Shown piece by piece: positions 1 to 8,611 of a DNA stretch of 32,000 bases. The notes beneath the pieces were generated by a model. That model made no database searches, was not told the origin of the DNA, and saw only the letters and a program-made list of their open reading frames with translations. Each line of letters starts with the position of its first letter. Position 1 is the stretch's first letter. This DNA comes from Bacillus subtilis subsp. subtilis str. 168 (lineage in GTDB: Bacteria > Bacillota > Bacilli > Bacillales > Bacillaceae). The position numbers and the translations under genes are program-made. The stretch spans positions 690,001-722,000 of the forward strand of contig NC_000964.3 of the NCBI RefSeq assembly GCF_000009045.1. The letters are read 5' to 3'.

Positions 1-342
1 AAAAACATTTTCCCTATTCAGGAAGGGGATCAGCATTTTAAGCACATGCTTCGGCATTTAGCCATCGCTCATTGTGATGCGGCAGACCCGATAAGCCGAT
101 ATGCACGGGAAGAGCTGGGAAAGCCATCTGTTCGCCAAGCTGATCAAGTTGTTGTCACGGGACAGTTAACGGAAGATATGCTGCACCTCGCAGAAATAGG
201 AGGCGGCCGGGTTACGGTGATACTGGCAAAAGAGAAAGATGCTGAGCTCTCTCAAGCTGAAAATGTCATGATTGAACGCATGATGAAACGCCAAATCAGA
301 GTTCGGATCATGAGGGGCGGGCGAGTTTCGCGTGTTGTTTAG
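1..342 (+). CDS. yeaD: C-terminal fragment of a DUF58-family protein (5' end outside window)
   Basis: Frame 1 is open from base 1 (KNIFPIQEGDQHFKHMLRHLAIAHCD...) to the stop at 342 and directly precedes a transglutaminase gene, the usual MoxR-DUF58-transglutaminase order. Confidence 0.75.
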   Translation, partial: KNIFPIQEGDQHFKHMLRHLAIAHCDAADPISRYAREELGKPSVRQADQVVVTGQLTEDMLHLAEIGGGRVTVILAKEKDAELSQAENVMIERMMKRQIRVRIMRGGRVSRVV

Positions 343-363
343 AAAGAGAGGTGACTGGTTCAC

Positions 364-2577
364 ATGCCGCACGATGATCACAAGGGAAGCCGTTTGAGCT
401 TGCTGTTATTTTATTTTCTGGCTTTTTTATTGCTGTGGGAGTGGCTTAGGCCGCTTGACAGTTTTACTGAAACGAAACATACAGGCTTTTTTAGTGTCTT
501 TATCGGCTTGACGTTTCTGCTGACTTTTTTCAGGATGAGGTGGTTTGTCACCGTTCCTTTTTGTGTCATATTTACATTGATCTCGATACACATCCTGTTT
601 TATCAAGGATCTATATTCGACTTGAGCTGGGTCAGCTCTTTTTTGCAGGATGTCTATCTGAATATCACGCTGATTCAATCAGGGCAATGGAATGACATGA
701 TTCCTTCATTTCGGACCCTGCTGTTTTTTGTGCTGCTGTGGCTGCTGGTCTATCTCCTGCATTATTGGGTGATTTACCAGAGAAGAATTTTGTTTTTCTT
801 TTTGATGACAGTAGCGTATATTACGATTCTTGATACCTTTACGCCATATGATGCCACTTTTGCCGTAATCCGTATCGTGCTGATCGGCTTCTTTATGCTG
901 GGCCTTTTATACTTGGAACGCATTAAGCTGATGGAAAGAATCACACTGCCAAAAACATCTGTCCTGAAATGGTTTCTTCCTTTATCTGTATTGGTTTTGG
1001 CTGCAACGGGATTCGGACTCGCCGCTCCAAAATCAGAGCCGGCTTGGCCTGATCCGGTGCCTTTTCTTAAAAAAATCACTCATCAAGACCGCGTGTCTGC
1101 AGGGGAAAGCAAAATCGGATACGGGAATCATGATGAATCACTCGGCGGCCCGTTCCAGCAGGATGCTACACCTGTTTTTACATGGCAGGGAAAAGAGCGT
1201 ACGTATTTCCGTGTGGAAACGAAGGACACGTATACCGGAAAAGGCTGGATTGAAACAGACACAGGCATGTCGTATCAGCTTAGCAATGGAAAAGTTGAAA
1301 ATCTGTGGTTTGACCATAAGGTTGCGACAGAGCGCCGCACCGTCCGTGTAAAAGTCGATAAGCACTACGGGTATAACCATCTGATGTATCCGATTGGTGC
1401 GGAAACCATTCAGCCAAAGCAGGCTGTCTCACTTGAAATGAACGGCAACACGGAGCAAATTTCTCCGATCAGTGAACAAGCCGGTGAAATCAGAAATATG
1501 GGGAATTATACAGTAACGTACAATTCCCCGGTCTATAAGCTGGATGAACTGAGAAAGGTAAAAGTGAGAAAAAACAGTGAGGAGTACACATTCAGCGATC
1601 GCTACATGCAGCTTCCAGATTCACTGCCAGAGCGGGTGAGAACCCTTGCGATCAAACTGACTCAGGATCACGACAATATGTTTGATAAGGTGAAAGCGGT
1701 TGAGGACTATTTAGGGTCAAATGCGTTCACATATGAAACAGAAAACGTGACCATTCCGAAGAATGATGAAGATTATGTCGATCAATTTCTCTTTGAAACG
1801 AAAATGGGTTATTGTGATAACTTTTCTTCCGCCATGGTGGTGCTCTTGCGCTCGGCCGGCATTCCGGCCCGCTGGGTAAAGGGTTATACGTCCGGCGAAT
1901 ACAAAGAAGCAGGGAACAAAAATGGCAGCATTTACGAAGTGACAAATAACAATGCCCATTCCTGGGTAGAGGTGTATTTCCCGGAACAGGGCTGGGTTAC
2001 ATTTGAGCCGACTAAAGGGTTTACAAATCCGGCTCAATTTACATCTTCTGACACAAAAGACTCTGGCAGCGATAGCAGCAGCTCGCCGAAGAAAGCAAAA
2101 GAGAAACAGAAAGAAGAGAAAAAACAGCCGCAAAAAGAGGAAAAACAAAAGGAAAAGCGGGAGCCAGCTGTTTCTAAAAAGCCGTCCGCTTCGCATACTA
2201 ATGCCGGTGCGGGCTTGTATGCAGCGCTTGCGGTTCTTGCAGTCCTCCTGGTGGCAGCTGTATTGCTGTATGTTTTCCGCTCGTTATGGATTCCTGTTTT
2301 CGCCGTGAGGAAATTGAAGCGGCGCAGTGATCAGCACGCGTTTTTTGAGGCATATGGCGCGCTGCTGAAACAACTGAAGAGAAAAGGACTGCCGAAACGA
2401 GACAGTGAAACGCTGCGTGATTATGCAAAACGAATTGATGAAAAATACGACATAGAAGACATGTCAAAGCTGACATTAAGCTATGAAAGGGCGCTTTACA
2501 GAAATGAAGATTCTTCGGCGCTATGGAATGATTCGAGAGAGTTATGGGAAAATTTAATTAAAAGAAGATGGTCTTGA
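364..2577 (+). CDS. yebA: Multi-pass membrane protein with transglutaminase-like domain
   Basis: 737 aa ORF; hydrophobic N-terminal third; core motifs GYCDNFSSAMVVLLRSAGIPARWVKGY and NNAHSWVEVYFPEQGWVTFEPTKGF give the Cys/His/Asp triad; Lys/Glu/Ser-rich linker then a C-terminal TM and cytoplasmic domain. Confidence 0.92.
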   Translation: MPHDDHKGSRLSLLLFYFLAFLLLWEWLRPLDSFTETKHTGFFSVFIGLTFLLTFFRMRWFVTVPFCVIFTLISIHILFYQGSIFDLSWVSSFLQDVYLNITLIQSGQWNDMIPSFRTLLFFVLLWLLVYLLHYWVIYQRRILFFFLMTVAYITILDTFTPYDATFAVIRIVLIGFFMLGLLYLERIKLMERITLPKTSVLKWFLPLSVLVLAATGFGLAAPKSEPAWPDPVPFLKKITHQDRVSAGESKIGYGNHDESLGGPFQQDATPVFTWQGKERTYFRVETKDTYTGKGWIETDTGMSYQLSNGKVENLWFDHKVATERRTVRVKVDKHYGYNHLMYPIGAETIQPKQAVSLEMNGNTEQISPISEQAGEIRNMGNYTVTYNSPVYKLDELRKVKVRKNSEEYTFSDRYMQLPDSLPERVRTLAIKLTQDHDNMFDKVKAVEDYLGSNAFTYETENVTIPKNDEDYVDQFLFETKMGYCDNFSSAMVVLLRSAGIPARWVKGYTSGEYKEAGNKNGSIYEVTNNNAHSWVEVYFPEQGWVTFEPTKGFTNPAQFTSSDTKDSGSDSSSSPKKAKEKQKEEKKQPQKEEKQKEKREPAVSKKPSASHTNAGAGLYAALAVLAVLLVAAVLLYVFRSLWIPVFAVRKLKRRSDQHAFFEAYGALLKQLKRKGLPKRDSETLRDYAKRIDEKYDIEDMSKLTLSYERALYRNEDSSALWNDSRELWENLIKRRWS

Positions 2578-2602
2578 CCGCTTATCGACGTGTTGTTAGA
2601 AT
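2574..2602 (+). promoter_or_regulatory. Predicted sigma-A promoter for guaA
   Basis: TTGACC (2574-2579), 17-nt spacer, TAGAAT (2597-2602); the -35 overlaps the yebA stop codon. Confidence 0.6.
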
Positions 2603-2739
2603 TAGTGAATATTATCGGAGTCTGGGAGCGAGTTGGCCTGACTCCGGCAAACGGCCTTGCCAAAGAGGGCGGAGCGAGCTTCATATCTGTCCTCGTTTTT
2701 TTCTGTGTCAAAAAACTTAGAGGAGATTAGGTGACAACC

Positions 2740-4281
2740 ATGACAAAGTTAGTGAATGAAATGATTCTTGTCCTTGATTTCGGCAGTCAGTATAACCAGC
2801 TGATTACACGCCGTATCCGTGAATTCGGTGTTTACAGCGAGCTGCATCCACATACATTGACGGCTGAAGAAATTAAAAAAATGAATCCAAAAGGAATTAT
2901 TTTATCCGGCGGTCCAAACAGTGTGTATGATGAAAACTCTTTCCGCTGTGACGAGAAAATCTTCGAGCTTGATATTCCTGTTTTGGGAATTTGCTACGGC
3001 ATGCAGCTGATGACTCATTACCTTGGCGGTAAAGTTGAAGCGGCAAGCCAGCGTGAATACGGAAAAGCAAACATCCGCATCGAAGGCACACCTGATTTGT
3101 TCAGAGATCTTCCGAATGAACAAGTGGTTTGGATGAGCCACGGCGATTTGGTTGTAGAAGTTCCTGAAGGCTTCACTGTTGACGCGACAAGCCATCACTG
3201 CCCGAACTCAGCAATGAGCAAAGCGGACAAAAAATGGTATGGCGTTCAGTTCCACCCGGAAGTGCGCCACTCTGAATACGGCAATGATCTTCTGAAAAAC
3301 TTTGTATTCGGTGTTTGCGAATGCGAAGGCGAATGGTCAATGGAGAACTTTATCGAAATCGAAATGCAAAAAATCCGTGAAACGGTCGGAGACAAACAGG
3401 TTCTTTGCGCGCTAAGCGGCGGCGTTGATTCCTCTGTTGTTGCTGTTTTGATTCATAAAGCGATCGGCGACCAGCTGACTTGTATCTTTGTAGACCATGG
3501 TCTTCTCCGTAAAGGCGAAGCTGAGGGTGTTATGAAAACATTCAGCGAAGGCTTTAACATGAATGTGATTAAAGTAGACGCAAAAGATCGATTCTTAAAC
3601 AAACTAAAAGGCGTTTCTGATCCTGAGCAAAAACGCAAAATCATCGGTAATGAATTCATTTACGTGTTTGATGATGAAGCGGACAAGCTCAAAGGCATCG
3701 ACTACCTTGCACAAGGTACGCTTTACACAGATATCATCGAGAGCGGTACAGCAACGGCGCAAACGATCAAATCTCACCACAATGTCGGCGGACTTCCTGA
3801 AGACATGCAGTTTGAGCTGATCGAGCCGTTAAATACGCTCTTCAAAGACGAAGTGCGCGCGCTTGGCACAGAGCTCGGCATTCCGGATGAAATCGTATGG
3901 CGTCAGCCGTTCCCAGGACCGGGACTCGGAATCCGCGTTCTTGGCGAAGTAACAGAAGAAAAACTTGAAATCGTTCGTGAATCAGATGCAATCTTGCGTG
4001 AAGAAATTGCAAATCACGGCTTAGAGCGTGATATCTGGCAATACTTCACTGTTCTTCCTGACATCCGCAGCGTTGGTGTTATGGGTGACGCAAGAACATA
4101 TGATTACACAATCGGAATCCGCGCCGTTACATCAATCGACGGCATGACATCTGACTGGGCGCGTATCCCGTGGGATGTGCTTGAAGTCATTTCGACACGT
4201 ATCGTAAACGAAGTGAAGCACATTAACCGCGTGGTGTATGATATTACAAGTAAGCCGCCTGCGACGATTGAGTGGGAATAA
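2740..4281 (+). CDS. guaA: GMP synthase (glutamine-hydrolysing)
   Basis: Class I glutamine amidotransferase motif GICYGMQL and ATP-PPase motif [10 protein letters not shown]; 513 aa from ATG at 2740 (track begins at an in-frame GTG at 2731). Confidence 0.98.
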   Translation: MTKLVNEMILVLDFGSQYNQLITRRIREFGVYSELHPHTLTAEEIKKMNPKGIILSGGPNSVYDENSFRCDEKIFELDIPVLGICYGMQLMTHYLGGKVEAASQREYGKANIRIEGTPDLFRDLPNEQVVWMSHGDLVVEVPEGFTVDATSHHCPNSAMSKADKKWYGVQFHPEVRHSEYGNDLLKNFVFGVCECEGEWSMENFIEIEMQKIRETVGDKQVLCALSGGVDSSVVAVLIHKAIGDQLTCIFVDHGLLRKGEAEGVMKTFSEGFNMNVIKVDAKDRFLNKLKGVSDPEQKRKIIGNEFIYVFDDEADKLKGIDYLAQGTLYTDIIESGTATAQTIKSHHNVGGLPEDMQFELIEPLNTLFKDEVRALGTELGIPDEIVWRQPFPGPGLGIRVLGEVTEEKLEIVRESDAILREEIANHGLERDIWQYFTVLPDIRSVGVMGDARTYDYTIGIRAVTSIDGMTSDWARIPWDVLEVISTRIVNEVKHINRVVYDITSKPPATIEWE

Positions 4282-4295
4282 GAATCAATTAATGG

Positions 4296-4336
4296 AAACC
4301 ATCTTTTTGGCAATTTTGCCGGGAAGATGGTTTTAT
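4296..4336 (+). terminator. Rho-independent terminator of guaA
   Basis: AACCATCTT (4297-4305) pairs with AAGATGGTT (4324-4332), followed by a T-rich stretch. Confidence 0.85.
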
Positions 4337-4343
4337 TTGTTTA

Positions 4344-4383
4344 TTACGAACAAAATCCGATTTTGCGCGACTATTGTTCGCTT
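4344..4383 (+). promoter_or_regulatory. Predicted PurR operator (two inverted PurBoxes) upstream of pbuG
   Basis: CGAAC core at 4347-4351 (ATTACGAACAAAAT) and GTTCG at 4376-4380 (reverse strand AAAGCGAACAAT); cores separated by 24 nt. Confidence 0.75.
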
Positions 4384-4389
4384 TTTGTA

Positions 4390-4418
4390 TTGTTTTTTCA
4401 AAATGAACTTGGTACAAT
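4390..4418 (+). promoter_or_regulatory. Predicted sigma-A promoter of pbuG
   Basis: TTGTTT (4390-4395), 17-nt spacer, TACAAT (4413-4418). Confidence 0.75.
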
Positions 4419-4441
4419 AGACACAGAAATCAAATAAGATG

Positions 4442-4512
4442 AATTCGTATAATCGCGGGAATATGGCTCGCAAGTCTCTACCAAGCTACCGTAAATGGCT
4501 TGACTACGTAAA
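4442..4512 (+). ncRNA. Purine riboswitch aptamer, guanine class (pbuG leader)
   Basis: TATAATCGCGGGAATATGGCTCGCAAGTCTCTACCAAGCTACCGTAAATGGCTTGACTACG matches the purine aptamer pattern; the specificity nucleotide in GACTA is C (guanine) not U (adenine); P1 CGTA/TACG. Confidence 0.97.
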
Positions 4513-4578
4513 CATTTCTTTCGTTTGATATAAATAAAACACGGTTATTTATTCAAACTGAAATCCGTCTGTAGTCAA

Positions 4579-4607
4579 GCGTCCCAAAATGTATTGGGAC
4601 GTTTTTT
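4579..4607 (+). terminator. Riboswitch-controlled terminator in the pbuG leader
   Basis: CGTCCCAA (4580-4587)/TTGGGACG (4594-4601) followed by TTTTTT; GTAGTCAAGC (4571-4580) just 5' is the exact complement of GCTTGACTAC (4498-4507) in the aptamer. Confidence 0.95.
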
Positions 4608-4661
4608 ATTTGGCGTTTTCAGGACAGAATAAATAGCAAAGAGTGAAGGGAGTCAAATAGC

Positions 4662-5984
4662 TTGAAAACGTTTTTTCAGTTTGATGAGCTGGGCACCAGC
4701 TATCGCAATGAAATCATTGGCGGATTAACGACTTTTTTATCTATGGCATATATTTTGTTCGTCAATCCGATTACGCTTGCTTTGGAGAGCGTGAAAGATT
4801 TTCCGGAGGCGCTGAGAATTGACCAGGGTGCGGTCTTTACGGCGACAGCGCTGGCGTCTGCAGCAGGCTGTATCTTAATGGGATTAATAGCGAGATATCC
4901 GATTGCCATCGCGCCGGGTATGGGGCTGAACGCGTTTTTTGCGTTTTCTGTTGTCCTTGGTATGGGTATTTCATGGCAGGCAGCTTTGTCCGGTGTTTTT
5001 ATTTCAGGTCTTATTTTCGTTGCTCTTTCTTTAACAGGTTTTCGTGAAAAAATCATCAACGCCATTCCGCCTGAGCTGAAATTGGCAGTCGGTGCGGGGA
5101 TCGGCCTGTTTATTACATTTGTTGGATTACAAGGTTCAGGAATCATTACAGCGAATCCTTCTACGCTCGTCACGATCGGAAACATTCACAGCGGTCCTGT
5201 GCTGTTAACGATTTTCGGTGTGATTGTCACGGTTATTTTAATGGTGCTTCGCGTGAACGCAGGCGTGTTTATCGGGATGCTATTAACAGCGGTAGCCGGC
5301 ATGATTTTCGGTTTGGTTCCGGTTCCGACTCAAATTATCGGCAGTGTGCCAAGCCTTGCGCCGACTTTCGGACAAGCGTGGATTCACCTCCCGGATATTT
5401 TCTCTGTACAAATGCTGATCGTTATTTTAACATTCTTGTTTGTCGGATTTTTTGATACAGCTGGTACACTTGTTGCTGTGGCAACACAAGCTGGTTTAAT
5501 GAAGGAAAACAAATTGCCGCGTGCGGGCCGTGCGCTTTTAGCTGATTCATCTTCTATTGTGATCGGTGCCGTGCTTGGTACGTCTACAACAACTTCTTAC
5601 GTGGAATCAAGCTCAGGTGTCGCTGCGGGTGCCCGGTCAGGATTTGCCGCAATTGTAACAGGGATTCTCTTTTTACTGGCTACGTTTTTCTCGCCGCTCC
5701 TATCAGTCGTTACGTCAAATGTAACAGCGCCGGCGCTTATTATTGTTGGTGCATTGATGGTGGCGCCGCTTGGCAAAATCGCTTGGGATAAGTTCGAAGT
5801 GGCCGTTCCTGCTTTCCTTACCATGATCATGATGCCGTTAACGTACAGCATCGCGACTGGTATTGCCATCGGATTTATTTTCTATCCGATTACAATGGTG
5901 TGCAAAGGAAAAGCAAAAGAGGTTCATCCAATCATGTACGGGCTGTTTGTCGTATTTATCCTGTACTTTATCTTCTTAAAATAA
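4662..5984 (+). CDS. pbuG: Hypoxanthine/guanine permease, NCS2/AzgA-type
   Basis: 440 aa, TTG start with AAGGGAG SD; motifs GGLTTFLSMAYILFVNP, PGMGLNAFFAF, GFFDTAGTLVAVATQAG; downstream of a guanine riboswitch. Confidence 0.96.
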   Translation: MKTFFQFDELGTSYRNEIIGGLTTFLSMAYILFVNPITLALESVKDFPEALRIDQGAVFTATALASAAGCILMGLIARYPIAIAPGMGLNAFFAFSVVLGMGISWQAALSGVFISGLIFVALSLTGFREKIINAIPPELKLAVGAGIGLFITFVGLQGSGIITANPSTLVTIGNIHSGPVLLTIFGVIVTVILMVLRVNAGVFIGMLLTAVAGMIFGLVPVPTQIIGSVPSLAPTFGQAWIHLPDIFSVQMLIVILTFLFVGFFDTAGTLVAVATQAGLMKENKLPRAGRALLADSSSIVIGAVLGTSTTTSYVESSSGVAAGARSGFAAIVTGILFLLATFFSPLLSVVTSNVTAPALIIVGALMVAPLGKIAWDKFEVAVPAFLTMIMMPLTYSIATGIAIGFIFYPITMVCKGKAKEVHPIMYGLFVVFILYFIFLK

Positions 5985-5991
5985 GGAATGA

Positions 5992-6023
5992 AAAACCAGC
6001 TGCACTGGCAGCTGGTTTTTTTG
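5992..6023 (+). terminator. Rho-independent terminator of pbuG
   Basis: AAACCAGCTGC-actg-GCAGCTGGTTTTTTTG. Confidence 0.95.
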
Positions 6024-6194
6024 TTGCAAAAGATAAAACCATTTCATACGATATACCGTCATGTAGATGTGCCGCCATGCTTTACTTAAATGGAAATGAC
6101 TTGACTGTTCAGGAAGGCTTCGGTACCTTATATAAGTGTTTTATTTTCTTGCTGAATGGTATTCCGCCGTATTTTTTTGATAGGAGTTGCTGAC

Positions 6195-6998
6195 ATGACG
6201 GAAGAAAGAAAAGAAACGTTTGAAGAAGAAATTAACCAGAGTGAAAGAATAGATGCAGATGAAGAACCGCTATCGAGAATGTCCAGAAAGGCGAGCCGGC
6301 AAAGCAAGCAGAAGCAAAAACAAAAGCAGAAACCGCGCCAGGAACGCGGTGAATCAACTGTTAAAGACAAGCTTGCGTCTGTTTGGGCAGCCATCAACAG
6401 ATATTGCGGTTTTGCGTTCTCGATTTTAAAATCTCCGGCGAAAACTGTCGTAACGGATGGTTTTTCTCATTATAAGTACGGTCTGATTTCAATGCTTATA
6501 TTCAGTATCATTTTTTCAATTGGGAATTGGTTTCAGTTAAAGGCAAGCTGGAATCGGCCGCTCGGTTTCGGAGAACGCCATCATGCTTTCTATGACGGGT
6601 TTTTAGTTGTTCTTGTGTATTTGCTGATCTTTTTCGCGGTAATGGTCTTTGCTATATGGGCTGTCTCCCGCTATATGATGAAGCAGAAGGTGACGTTCAG
6701 AGAAGCGGCTGCCGTATTGGGTTCATTGCTTGTACCCGTAATTGCTGTTTCAATCCTTTGGCTGATCTTTGCGATCGTAAATATCCCAATGCTGACAGTA
6801 CTGTTTACGGTGCTGATCTTGTTTTCCATCTTTTTTATCATCGCGCTGTATGTACAGCGTGTGTACCAGGCGGCACAAGATGCACCAATTGATTATATCT
6901 ATTGTGTATTTGCAGTAGTTGCGATAGCGCTGCTGTTTACGGCAGTGACTTGGCCGTTTATTTCTGAATATATTACGGCGTCGTTGATTCCGCTTTAA
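6195..6998 (+). CDS. yebC: Membrane protein, YIP1-like, uncharacterised
   Basis: ORF extends from 6156, but ATG 6195 (MTEERKETFEEE...) has an AGGAG SD 8 nt upstream; charged N-terminal region then several TM segments. Confidence 0.85.
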   Translation: MTEERKETFEEEINQSERIDADEEPLSRMSRKASRQSKQKQKQKQKPRQERGESTVKDKLASVWAAINRYCGFAFSILKSPAKTVVTDGFSHYKYGLISMLIFSIIFSIGNWFQLKASWNRPLGFGERHHAFYDGFLVVLVYLLIFFAVMVFAIWAVSRYMMKQKVTFREAAAVLGSLLVPVIAVSILWLIFAIVNIPMLTVLFTVLILFSIFFIIALYVQRVYQAAQDAPIDYIYCVFAVVAIALLFTAVTWPFISEYITASLIPL

Positions 6999-7000
6999 TG

Positions 7001-7032
7001 AAAAAACCGGCTAATCCTAGCCGGTTTTTTTA
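7001..7032 (+). terminator. Rho-independent terminator of yebC
   Basis: AAAACCGGCTA-atcc-TAGCCGGTTTTTTT. Confidence 0.95.
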
Positions 7033-7068
7033 TGTCACACTTTTTACAAATATATCTAAAAAACATAG

Positions 7069-7097
7069 TTGATTTGTAGGATTAACCCGTGTATGAT
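7069..7097 (+). promoter_or_regulatory. Predicted sigma-A promoter upstream of the 55-aa ORF
   Basis: TTGATT (7069-7074), 17-nt spacer, TATGAT (7092-7097). Confidence 0.65.
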
Positions 7098-7156
7098 GGG
7101 GAAAATGCTGAAAACGTCCAGCGCAAAAACCTTTATGTTTAAGGAGGATGATGGAC

Positions 7157-7324
7157 ATGGCTGATGTACTTCGCCGAGCAATTAACCAAAAGAAGCAATT
7201 TTTAAAAACCAAATTACTGCTCTCGGAATTTTATCAAGGAAGAGGGGAACAGCTTGCTGACTACACGCTGAGTGAGCTTGAGAAAGAATACAAGTCCCTT
7301 CAGAAAATGAAAAAAGAGATCTGA
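7157..7324 (+). CDS. yebD: Small basic protein, Fur-regulated basic protein A (FbpA)-like, 55 aa
   Basis: Manual translation MADVLRRAINQKKQFLKTKLLLSEFYQGRGEQLADYTLSELEKEYKSLQKMKKEI*; SD AAGGAGG (7141-7147) 9 nt before ATG; own promoter and terminator. Not in the ORF track. Symbol is by synteny and less certain. Confidence 0.8.
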   Translation: MADVLRRAINQKKQFLKTKLLLSEFYQGRGEQLADYTLSELEKEYKSLQKMKKEI

Positions 7325-7343
7325 CAATAGATATAAAGAGGTG

Positions 7344-7369
7344 AGTCTGCTGAAAAGCGGGCTTTTTTG
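7344..7369 (+). terminator. Weak rho-independent terminator of the 55-aa ORF
   Basis: AGTCTGC (7344-7350)/GCGGGCT (7357-7363) with G.U pairs, followed by TTTTTT. Confidence 0.6.
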
Positions 7370-7466
7370 TTTTGATTTTGAAAAGGCGAGAAAGAGGGTA
7401 AACTACTACTGTTCAACACATAAAAGCGTGTCGAAATATTTTGCTTAAGCTTACGGGCGAAGCTGA

Positions 7467-7495
7467 TTGTAAACGGCTCATTTCTCTAGTAGAAT
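7467..7495 (+). promoter_or_regulatory. Predicted sigma-A promoter of yebE-yebG
   Basis: TTGTAA (7467-7472), 17-nt spacer, TAGAAT (7490-7495). Confidence 0.55.
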
Positions 7496-7537
7496 ATGAA
7501 TGCTTTGTGCAAGCTGAAGAGTAGGGGGATGAATAAA

Positions 7538-8092
7538 ATGATGCAAACCATCTTATCAAATGGGATAGCCATGGTTCTCATAATTCTCATTATTAATATT
7601 GTCTATGTGTCATTTTTTACGATAAGAATGATTTTAACGCTGAAAGGACAGCGTTATTTAGCGGCCGGCATCAGTACGATTGAAATACTGGTTTATGTGA
7701 CAGGACTGAGTCTGGTGCTCGATAACTTAGACCAGATTCAAAATGTGATCGCGTACGCGCTCGGTTACGGTCTTGGCGTAATTGTCGGCATGAAAATAGA
7801 AGAAAAATTGGCGCTTGGCTATATTATGGTCAATGTGATTACGAAGGAGCTCGATCTTGATCTTCCGAAGCAGCTCCGTGAAAAAGGCTACGGCGTGACA
7901 AACTGGGTGGCAGGCGGGCTTGAAGGCGACCGCACAGCCCTTCAGATCCTGACGCCGAGAAGATATGAACTCCAGCTATATGATACGATTAAAACACTTG
8001 ATTCAAAAGCCTTTATTATTGCGTACGAACCAAAAACAATCCACGGCGGCTTCTGGGTCAAAGCGGTGAAGAAGAGGAGAATTAAAGAATAA
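7538..8092 (+). CDS. yebE: UPF0316/DUF2179-type membrane protein
   Basis: 184 aa from ATG 7538 ([16 protein letters not shown]...), GGGGG SD at about 7524-7528; N-terminal TM helices and soluble C-terminal domain. Track start 7496 is upstream of the SD. Confidence 0.88.
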
Positions 8093-8289
8093 TGGCAAAG
8101 CCGAAGAAGAAAAAGTTTGAAGTGACAGAGCAGCAAACGATTGATGCGGTGCTTCAGCAAATGAAAGAAGAAGGATATCTGCCTGTAAGGCGAATGGAAG
8201 AGCCTATTTTTATGGAAAAAAAGGAAAATGGGTCAATTCAGATCGTTCCGTGCGGGAAAAAAATCGTATTTGAAGGGAAATTGATCTAA
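8092..8289 (+). CDS. yebG: Small NETI-motif protein
   Basis: 65 aa; TAATG overlap with the yebE stop; [40 protein letters not shown]. Confidence 0.85.
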
Positions 8290-8330
8290 AACACGAACAT
8301 TAGTAGAATGAATTTTTGTATCGTTCGATA
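8289..8330 (+). promoter_or_regulatory. Predicted PurR operator (two inverted PurBoxes) upstream of purE
   Basis: CGAAC core 8294-8298 (AAACACGAACATT) and GTTCG 8323-8327 (reverse strand ATTATCGAACGATAC); cores 24 nt apart. Confidence 0.88.
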
Positions 8331-8336
8331 ATATCG

Positions 8337-8365
8337 TTGACATTATCCATGTCCGTTGTTAAGAT
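8337..8365 (+). promoter_or_regulatory. Sigma-A promoter of the pur operon
   Basis: TTGACA (8337-8342), 17-nt spacer, TAAGAT (8360-8365). Confidence 0.88.
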
Positions 8366-8385
8366 AAACATGAAATCAAAACACG

Positions 8386-8456
8386 ACCTCATATAATCTT
8401 GGGAATATGGCCCATAAGTTTCTACCCGGCAACCGTAAATTGCCGGACTATGCAGG
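8386..8456 (+). ncRNA. Purine riboswitch aptamer, guanine class (purE leader)
   Basis: CTCATATAATCTTGGGAATATGGCCCATAAGTTTCTACCCGGCAACCGTAAATTGCCGGACTATG; P1 CATA/TATG; C in GGACTA indicates guanine specificity. Confidence 0.98.
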
Positions 8457-8520
8457 AAAGTGATCGATAAAACTGACATGGATATATCGCAGAAGCGAAC
8501 GACTGACGATACATGTACCA

Positions 8521-8577
8521 TGCCCGGTTTGTATTGCTTCCTCATAAGTGCAATGCAGAGCGGGTATTTTTTATTTT
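8521..8577 (+). terminator. Attenuator terminator in the purE leader
   Basis: TGCCCG (8521-8526)/CGGGTA (8561-8566) and TATTGC (8532-8537)/GCAATG (8550-8555), then TTTTTTATTTT. Confidence 0.9.
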
Positions 8578-8611
8578 CTGAAAACAAAAGCATTAGAAGG
8601 TGGGGAACAGA

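Noticed and set aside
1717-2196. 159-aa minus-strand ORF inside yebA, very Phe/Leu-rich
   Set aside because: It mirrors the Lys/Glu-rich linker of YebA on the opposite strand (FFFLFLFCFLRR); low complexity, no evident start signals.
8300-8593. 97-aa minus-strand ORF across the purE leader
   Set aside because: This region is explained by promoter, riboswitch and terminator; the ORF is incidental.
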